Shown one piece after another: positions 54,694 through 61,864 of a stretch of 64,000 nt of DNA. Under the pieces are notes generated by a model that ran no database searches, was not told the DNA's origin, and worked only from the letters and a program-made list of their open reading frames with translations. The translations under genes were made by a program, and so were the position numbers. Each line of letters begins with the position of its first letter. The first letter of the stretch is position 1. The DNA is from Caecitellus pseudoparvulus (taxonomy: Eukaryota > Protista > Bigyra: Bicosoecida), in NCBI GenBank assembly GCA_965644315.1, contig CBFFRQ010000090.1:1-64000 (forward strand), in the 5' to 3' direction.

Positions 54694-57600
54694 TCAGCGG
54701 GCCTGCCCGGGCAGGCGCTGGAGGAGCCGCCGCACCTCAGACAATACAGTATCAGCAGTGGCCGGCTTCGTCAGCACGCTGTGTGCGCCCGCCATCCGGT
54801 ACCGCGCCACGTCGTCACCCAGCGCGTTCCCCGTCAACCCCACAAACACCAACCGACCACCCCCTCCCTCACCTGACCCCGCCAGGCGCCCCTCACCCAC
54901 CAGCGCACGAGCCAGGCTCGGCCCATCCAGCAGCGGCATGGACATGTCACACACCACCGCATGCAGGGGGTCGTGTGTGCCGGCTTGCAGGGCTTGCAGG
55001 GCATCCTGCCCATCGGGCGCTTGGAAGACGGTGGCCCCGCGGCGTGTGAGTTGCCTGGCGAGTTGCTGCCTGAGGGCACGGGAGTCCTCGACGAGGAGGA
55101 GGCGGAGGGGGGGGTGGGCAGCTTCAGCAGCTTCTGCTTTCCCCAACGTTTGCCTGCGATGGTGCTTAGGCGGCTGGTGCTTGCCATCACCTGCCTCGTG
55201 GCCCTTTCGTGGGGTGGGGGTGCTGCCTGTGCCGGCCACGCCTGCATGGCCAGAGTCCACTGACCGAGTGCCTTCTGATGAAAGCACTTCATCGGTCCGC
55301 ACGCACTCAAGGAATGTATCCAGGGGGGCACCGCTACTGCGGGTTTGTGAGGTGGGCATGGCGATGGAAGAGGCAAAGTCAGAACGCACGGTCGGCACGC
55401 TGCGAAGGGAAGTCGTGCCAAAGCCCTCGCGAAGCGAACCCGTTTGTGGAGACGGCGCCGATGGCCTGCCCAGCTCATCACTCAAGCCAACAGCGTGCCT
55501 AGGCCTGAACAAGGATTCTTCAAGCAATGAAGACGGCTGCTGGCTGTCAGTGTCTGCTGTCTCCGCTACAAAGCGCACAGGCAGTGCGATGGTGAAGGTG
55601 CACCCCTTCCCACGACCCCCACTCACCACGCTCAAATCCCCACCCTGCGCCTGCAACAGCTCACGCATCAACCACAGGCCCAGACCCGTGCCCTGCTGCT
55701 GCATGCCTGACCGCAGGCGGGAGAAGGGTTTGAAGAGGGAGGCGATTTCATCGGCGCTCATGCCACGTCCGAAGTCGGTGACGTGCACGAGCAAATCGTG
55801 GACTGATGCTCGAAGAACAGCGCGCACTTCAGGGGATTCGTCGCGGCCAGCAGAGGCGCCGACTGCAGCCTGGGTGCTAGAAACAGACTCGATGGAAACG
55901 GAGCCATCTGCTTGGGAGTCCAGTTTCAAATGTGGCGCCTGTGATGCGCGCAAGACCAGAGAACGCGTGCGAGCCATGCGCGCCCGATTCAGTGGAGCCC
56001 TGCCTGGGTCAATGGCAGGTCGCACACCCAGCCCCACCACCACCGCGTGCCCATCCTCAGCCTGACTCCCCTCGCTCCCCCCATACTTCACCGCGTTGCT
56101 CATCAAATTCAACACCGCCTGCTTCAACGTCGTGAAACCCACCAGCGTCTCCACGTGCAACGGCGGGAAATCACCCACACGACCCCCGCCCCACCCCACC
56201 AACGCCGCCAGCTCGCTCGACACACGCTGCTCCAGCCGCGGCACCCCATGGTCCAGCGACTCTGCCAGCTGAGGTGCCATGTCGCACACGTGTGCCACGG
56301 CAGTGGTGGCGTTGTACGAGTGCGTGGGTGCAGAGCCCTCACCCACCCGGCTCCGGCGCTTGGCGTTGGTGGTCTTCAGGAACATGAGCATGTTGTCCAG
56401 GATGCCGCTCAGCATGGTGAGGGGCTGGTTCACCTTCTGGGCCGTGGACTGCACAGCTGCATACGCCTGTGCCACCCGGGCGTTGCGGTGCATGGCCGCG
56501 GCAGCGGTGGGCGCACCGGACGCCGCGACGAGGAGGTCCTCCACGTCCTCTTCGAGGAGGTTGCCCATGGAGAGGATGGCGACGTTGATGGGTGAGCGGC
56601 ATTCGTGTGAGAGCCAGCGCAGCATGGCTTCGGAGCGCTGTGCTTCGCTTTTCCTGCGCTTGGAGCTCACCAAAGCGGCGGTGCTGATGCGGACGATAAG
56701 AATGAGCACATTCATGAACACTGCCAGCGTACATGTGCCAAGGATGAGCACGTGCTCCAGTCCCCCCTTGCTGCGCAGCTCAAAGGCAGGCCCAGGCTTG
56801 CTTGTGCCAAGGAAGCTGCCATCTTCACATTGTCGCAGCGTGCGCACAGCGTCGGGGTGCCAGCCAGGAGTGAAGGAGGCTGGGAGAGACTCGCCCCACA
56901 TGCAGGCGGCGTCCTCTACGATGAGCGCACAAGCAATGACGAGGAGGACGGCAGGAACACCCACCGTTCCCAGGAATACGACGTAAAACTTGCTGGAGTG
57001 CGCGCTGAGATCTTTCCGCACCTCCACACGGGGGGTGGGTGACTTGAACCATGCCCCTGGCACGAGAGAAGCGTAGCTGTACTCTGCAGACGTCCGGATG
57101 GCAGCTTCCATCTCCCGCCCATTGCGCCAGCAAAAGGAGCACGTCCAGCCAGGGCAGATCCAGGGCAGGAAGATGGAGGCGTACATGATGGGCACGGTGA
57201 TGACAATGAACGCAGAGCCACCCAGCAGACTTCCACGAGAGTCAATGAAGAAGGACAAGACAGGGACTATGCCAAGGAAGATGGCAATGGAGGCAAGGGG
57301 CAGGAAACTCCACAGCTGGCTAAAGTTGAGTGGGGCCACCTGCATGACGACGCTGCGCAGACCAAAGTCCAAGGAGGCGCTGGAGATGGCACCCAGCAGT
57401 GCCAGGCCCAGTTCTGTGCTCAGTGCAAACCGAAAGGAGCCCAGGATGAGCGTGGGGAACAGGATGGTGCAGCTGATCCAGAGGATGAGGAGTGTGTGCT
57501 GGAGGTGGGCCCACAGCGTGGACTCTGTGACGCGGCGCCCGTGCGAGGTGAGGGTGGAGCTGTGCTTGGAGTTCAGAATAAGGCCCCCCAGCAGCATGGT

Positions 57601-58113
57601 GTACAGGGCTGCGACGGGGGCAGCGATGACGACCCACAGCATGTGGACCGCTTCAATGGACCCTGATCCGCCGTGGCCACACCCGCCCTCGGGGCATAGA
57701 AACAGCTGCGCGATGCAGATGATGTGCAGGCACACCAGGCACACCACCACACACACTGCAGGCCAGTCCCAGAACGAGTGGAAGAGGCACGGTATCCCAG
57801 GCTGGCGGGCCCCGCCGCGCCCCGCCGCGCCACCCCTCTCAGCCCTGTCTGAACCATCACTCACTCCGAGGCCGGCGGAGGAGGTCTGAGAGGGGTCCGT
57901 AGAGAAGCTCACACTGGCTGAGCCATGCGCGCTGAAGCTCTCGGCACGAAGGGATCCAGACAGGATCGGCCCTTGGTGCAGCTGCGGTACGAAGGGCGGC
58001 AGGCAGTGTGAGGAGTGTGCGGGAGGTCGCTGCGAAGCGCCGTGTGCTGCCTGCATCTCGCACGGCAGAAGACAGGAGCCCACGCCACGAGACAGCCTGC
58101 ACAGGGCATGCAC
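54694..58113 (-). CDS. membrane-bound hybrid histidine kinase HK2
   Basis: Same architecture and motifs as HK1. Intronless 1139-codon ORF. Confidence 0.93.
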   Translation of the reverse strand: MHALCRLSRGVGSCLLPCEMQAAHGASQRPPAHSSHCLPPFVPQLHQGPILSGSLRAESFSAHGSASVSFSTDPSQTSSAGLGVSDGSDRAERGGAAGRGGARQPGIPCLFHSFWDWPAVCVVVCLVCLHIICIAQLFLCPEGGCGHGGSGSIEAVHMLWVVIAAPVAALYTMLLGGLILNSKHSSTLTSHGRRVTESTLWAHLQHTLLILWISCTILFPTLILGSFRFALSTELGLALLGAISSASLDFGLRSVVMQVAPLNFSQLWSFLPLASIAIFLGIVPVLSFFIDSRGSLLGGSAFIVITVPIMYASIFLPWICPGWTCSFCWRNGREMEAAIRTSAEYSYASLVPGAWFKSPTPRVEVRKDLSAHSSKFYVVFLGTVGVPAVLLVIACALIVEDAACMWGESLPASFTPGWHPDAVRTLRQCEDGSFLGTSKPGPAFELRSKGGLEHVLILGTCTLAVFMNVLILIVRISTAALVSSKRRKSEAQRSEAMLRWLSHECRSPINVAILSMGNLLEEDVEDLLVAASGAPTAAAAMHRNARVAQAYAAVQSTAQKVNQPLTMLSGILDNMLMFLKTTNAKRRSRVGEGSAPTHSYNATTAVAHVCDMAPQLAESLDHGVPRLEQRVSSELAALVGWGGGRVGDFPPLHVETLVGFTTLKQAVLNLMSNAVKYGGSEGSQAEDGHAVVVGLGVRPAIDPGRAPLNRARMARTRSLVLRASQAPHLKLDSQADGSVSIESVSSTQAAVGASAGRDESPEVRAVLRASVHDLLVHVTDFGRGMSADEIASLFKPFSRLRSGMQQQGTGLGLWLMRELLQAQGGDLSVVSGGRGKGCTFTIALPVRFVAETADTDSQQPSSLLEESLFRPRHAVGLSDELGRPSAPSPQTGSLREGFGTTSLRSVPTVRSDFASSIAMPTSQTRSSGAPLDTFLECVRTDEVLSSEGTRSVDSGHAGVAGTGSTPTPRKGHEAGDGKHQPPKHHRRQTLGKAEAAEAAHPPLRLLLVEDSRALRQQLARQLTRRGATVFQAPDGQDALQALQAGTHDPLHAVVCDMSMPLLDGPSLARALVGEGRLAGSGEGGGGRLVFVGLTGNALGDDVARYRMAGAHSVLTKPATADTVLSEVRRLLQRLPGQAR

Positions 58114-58340
58114 TTACATAGCGAGTGCCCCCAGACATGGCGCCCTCAGCACTGCCCCCTTCCGCCGAGGCCTTGCGTTGCGCGTCGGTGATGCCAGCTG
58201 AAAGAAACCGCCCCGCTCGGCGCATGCAGCGGGGTGGGCTGGGAGGAGTGTCGGGCCGACAGCCGCTAGTGCTGGCCTGGCGAATTCGCTGTCACATGAA
58301 TTGCCAGCAGCGGTGCTGCTTGTCTTGGCGCCGCTGGGTT

Positions 58341-61244
58341 TTATTTCTGCAGCAGTCTTCGAAGCTCAGCCAGCACCTGCTCAGCGGTGGACGGCTTGGT
58401 GAGCACGGCATCAGCGCCAGCCTCACGGAAGGCACGCACGTCCTCCTCCAACGCCTGGCCTGTCAGGCCGAGGAAGCGGACAGGCTGGGCGGGGTTCTGT
58501 TGGGCCCGCATGGCCCTTGCCACTTGCAGGCCGTCCATGATGGGCATGGACATGTCGCAGACCACAGCGTCGAATGCAGCATCCGGAGCGGACCATCGCG
58601 CCATGGCAGCCTCTCCGTCCGCGGCAGTGGTCACACGGAGTCCCTGGCGCCTCAAGCGGCGGGACATCTGGTCTCGCTGGGGCTTGGAGTCATCCACCAG
58701 CAAGACGTGGCAGCCGACCAGCCCCTCGCGCGGTGCCGCCGCTGCCCCGTGGGGCGGCAGAGGAGAGGCACGTGCGTTGCCGGGGCCGGGATGCGCATCT
58801 GGCGCCCCACTGTCACCTTTAGGCAGAGAGTCGCCCTTGCTCATCGTGGACCCGAACCTTGACAGTTCTTGGGACATGGCTTTCTCTTCAGGGGTCTGTA
58901 TGGGAATGCTGGAATTCCCTGAAGCTGAGACCATTGTCCGGCGCAGGGCATGCAGGCAGCGCAGACTGGTGCGGAATGGAAACGACGCAGTGAAGGTGCA
59001 CCCCTTCCCACGACCCCCACTCACCACGCTCAAATCCCCACCCTGCGCCTGCAACAGCTCACGCATCAACCACAGGCCCAGACCCGTGCCCTGCTGCTGC
59101 ATGCCTGACCGCAGGCGGGAGAAGGGTTTGAAGAGGGAGGCGATTTCATCGGCGCTCATGCCACGTCCGAAGTCGGTGACGTGCACCTTCATAAACACCA
59201 GTGCGCTCTCTGTCGTTGGCTTGCTGTCCATGGGGGCACTGGCCAGGGGCGGCGCGGGCGAGGGCGGTGCGGGCTTGGCGGCGCCCAGCGGCGCAACAGC
59301 GACGCCCGTGTGCTCGCCGTCGGAGTTGCTGCTCATCACTTCACCGACGATGGCATCCAGGCCTAGACTCGCTGCCCGACTGGAGTCGCGGATGTGCCCT
59401 CGCCCCCTCGAAGTCGCCACGGAGGTGTCTGGAGAGAGACCTAGCTCCACCAGTACGTGGGCCCGCGCGGCATCATCGTCACCGCCAGTGCTGCCATACT
59501 TGATGGCATTGCTGAGCAAATTCAGGAGAACTTGTTGGAGCGTGACGGTGTTCACGCTGGAGCGGCCCGTGAGCAGAAGGCAGGCAGAATCCCTGCCACT
59601 GGACAGATGCATACTCAGCGGGGCACTCCAGCCCGACCCGGGCATCCGCACCTCAAGAGAGAGCTCAGGGTGGGTGTAGCCCATGGCCACCCCAACTTGT
59701 CCTGCCAGGTCAAGCGAGTACGTCGTGGCGCGGCCCAGGTCCAGGCGCTCCACAAGGTCCTGGCCGCTTCCTTCGGGGCGTCGCCTGTGCTTCAAGTACG
59801 CCAGCATGTTGTCCAGCACGCCCACCAGCATGTTCAGTGGCGGCTGCAGCTGCAGGACTGCCGCGCGGGATGCCCGGGCCTGGTCAATGGAGGCTTCTGC
59901 GAGCCGTGACACGTCGTCGCGGCCGAGGTCTGAGCAAGCGCGCTTCAGCCGCCGCAGTCGCCGCAGCAGCGGGTCGAAGTCCTCCTCCGCCACGTTCTGG
60001 ACGGACAGGAGGGCCACACTTACTGGGGACCGACATTCATGGGACAACCAACGCAGCATGGCCGTGCTGACAGTTGACTGCTCTTGCAGCACAGAGGAAG
60101 TCAAGCTGTTGGCCAGCCACGTCCATGCCAACACGTACACCAACAACATGACGAAGTCACTGGACACATGCATACTTGTGAAGGTCATGTGCCAGGGTTC
60201 CCTTGTGCCCAGTCGGGCGCACTCCACCGCCCGAGCATCGGTAACCAGGCCCGAATCTGGCTGAAGCGATGAAAGGTCGGAGTCTGGCAGGCGCTCTGAG
60301 AAACAGCTTGCGACTCCGATGGTGGCACCGCTGTGCAGGGCCGCCATTACCATGTTCAGTCCGAACACAGGAAGCACAGAGGCTCGAAGGATTTTGCGGG
60401 CATCCTGGCGAAGAGTGGTGCCAAGGGCTCGCTCCAGGTGCTGCACTTCGCCTTCCATGTACCACTTGACGTGCGGGGCGATGTTGCCCCACGTTGGCAC
60501 AGCGTCGGGGCACGTGAAGCTCTGCACGGTGATCGCCACGGCCCCTGTCACAATGAGGCAGAGGAAGGCAATGTTGCTCACAAAGTCTACCCTGAAGTCC
60601 AGCACGAAGGTCAGCAGAGGGCAGATGCTGCCGTGCAGCAGCACGAGGCCCTGGACGATCAAACCTGTGGTGTGCGAGACGTAGCCCGCCCCGAAGGGAA
60701 TGACGATGCCGCGGAGCAAGACCTCCACGGAGGCTGCAGTGGACAGCCCCGACATGCTCTGGCTGATGATGAAGGGCGAGTGCCGCGCGCCTCCAAAGCG
60801 CCCTGGCAGGATGGACCATGCAACCTGCAGCAGCACCAGCACAGCGATCATGCGGGCACAGGCAAGACGTGAAATGAAGACCGTCGCAGCCGAGAGCCGC
60901 TGGGGCATACTGTTTTTCTTTGCTGCGCTGTTGGCGACGACCTGGCGACCCCCCGCTCTGTGTGAAGTGGCGTCGGCGGCAATTGATGCGCTTCGAGCTT
61001 GGGCAAGCCAGAGAACCAGCACGATGACCGTCGCGTGCAGTCGGAACGAGAAGGCGGACGCTGAGAGAGGTGGTGGACTTCTGGCTATGTCCAGGGTCTC
61101 ATGGGACACGCGCAAGGCGAAGGCCAGGCCCACGCAAACTGCCGCGGCAGCCCACACAAAGAGAGCCGGTACATCTGGCCTGCCACACCAACACGGCCCA
61201 CAGCGCAGGCAGCAGGGAGCGGACGGCTGCCTTCTACTGGCCAT
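58341..61244 (-). CDS. membrane-bound hybrid histidine kinase HK3
   Basis: WLSHECRSP, NLLSNAIKY, VTDFGRGM and GTGLGL. REC motifs LLVDDS..VCDMSMP..TKP. Confidence 0.93.
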   Translation of the reverse strand: MASRRQPSAPCCLRCGPCWCGRPDVPALFVWAAAAVCVGLAFALRVSHETLDIARSPPPLSASAFSFRLHATVIVLVLWLAQARSASIAADATSHRAGGRQVVANSAAKKNSMPQRLSAATVFISRLACARMIAVLVLLQVAWSILPGRFGGARHSPFIISQSMSGLSTAASVEVLLRGIVIPFGAGYVSHTTGLIVQGLVLLHGSICPLLTFVLDFRVDFVSNIAFLCLIVTGAVAITVQSFTCPDAVPTWGNIAPHVKWYMEGEVQHLERALGTTLRQDARKILRASVLPVFGLNMVMAALHSGATIGVASCFSERLPDSDLSSLQPDSGLVTDARAVECARLGTREPWHMTFTSMHVSSDFVMLLVYVLAWTWLANSLTSSVLQEQSTVSTAMLRWLSHECRSPVSVALLSVQNVAEEDFDPLLRRLRRLKRACSDLGRDDVSRLAEASIDQARASRAAVLQLQPPLNMLVGVLDNMLAYLKHRRRPEGSGQDLVERLDLGRATTYSLDLAGQVGVAMGYTHPELSLEVRMPGSGWSAPLSMHLSSGRDSACLLLTGRSSVNTVTLQQVLLNLLSNAIKYGSTGGDDDAARAHVLVELGLSPDTSVATSRGRGHIRDSSRAASLGLDAIVGEVMSSNSDGEHTGVAVAPLGAAKPAPPSPAPPLASAPMDSKPTTESALVFMKVHVTDFGRGMSADEIASLFKPFSRLRSGMQQQGTGLGLWLMRELLQAQGGDLSVVSGGRGKGCTFTASFPFRTSLRCLHALRRTMVSASGNSSIPIQTPEEKAMSQELSRFGSTMSKGDSLPKGDSGAPDAHPGPGNARASPLPPHGAAAAPREGLVGCHVLLVDDSKPQRDQMSRRLRRQGLRVTTAADGEAAMARWSAPDAAFDAVVCDMSMPIMDGLQVARAMRAQQNPAQPVRFLGLTGQALEEDVRAFREAGADAVLTKPSTAEQVLAELRRLLQK

Positions 61245-61864
61245 GGCCTCTACAAACTTGGAAGTCTACACAGGAGGTGGAGCGTGGCTTCCAACGAGCC
61301 GTGTGGGGCCACAGCAACGTCTTCGATGTGGCGGAGGGGGCGTGCACCTCGTTTGCCGGCTCAGGACTGGCCACGTCAGCGCAAGCGGCAAAACAGCCAC
61401 GTGCGAGGACCCAAAGCCCCCTGCATGGCCCAAGTTCGTCGAGGGCTTCCGTGTCTCGCTGCCTTGCAGAATATGCGCGGCGTAAACGAGTGCAAGCTGC
61501 GGCGGAAAATGGCCCGAGGAGGGGCTGACATCGGGCGGCGTTACAAGCGCGCCTGCCGCTGGAAGTGACAGTTCCAAAGCTGCGCGTGGCGCCACGCGAA
61601 GCTCCCAGTTGTTTTCCCTCGCAGCGCGCGAATAGGCGCCCATCGACGCATCGTGCACATACCCCACATGCTACCGTGAGCAGCTTCATTCTAGCCGCGC
61701 ATGTTTCTTTGGAACGCACTTCCAGAGTGCGCAACCTGCCTGTCTGCCGCGGCGTTGCATTCGTGTAACTCCGACATCACAACGCAGTCACTCAGCAAGA
61801 GCCACTGCAGGCAATTCATGCGCTCTGGGACGGTTCAAATCGCCCCCATGAACCCTGGCTGCTG

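Noticed and set aside
7692-60872. Numerous long antisense or alternate-frame ORFs (e.g. 8609-10048, 35759-37123, 54590-56065, 58387-59679)
   Set aside because: These are shadow ORFs expected in GC-rich coding DNA with few stop codons, with no domain motifs of their own.
52945-61180. Histidine-kinase rhodopsin (8-TM enzymerhodopsin) interpretation of the HK sensors
   Set aside because: The last TM has no retinal-binding Lys (HTTLMLLV, EHVLILGT, SDFVMLLV) and no RYxxWxxTTP helix-C motif is present.
52945-61180. Ethylene-receptor or MHYT copper-binding sensor
   Set aside because: No CGxTH or MHYT motif, and the TM count does not fit the 3-TM ethylene-binding domain.
54449-61844. GTTCAAATCGCC occurring between HK2/HK1 (~54449) and HK4/HK3 (~61833), plus TTCAAA in several intergenic gaps, as a shared promoter motif
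   Set aside because: Only two 12-mer copies, at different distances from the starts and absent upstream of HK2. Significance cannot be established by eye.
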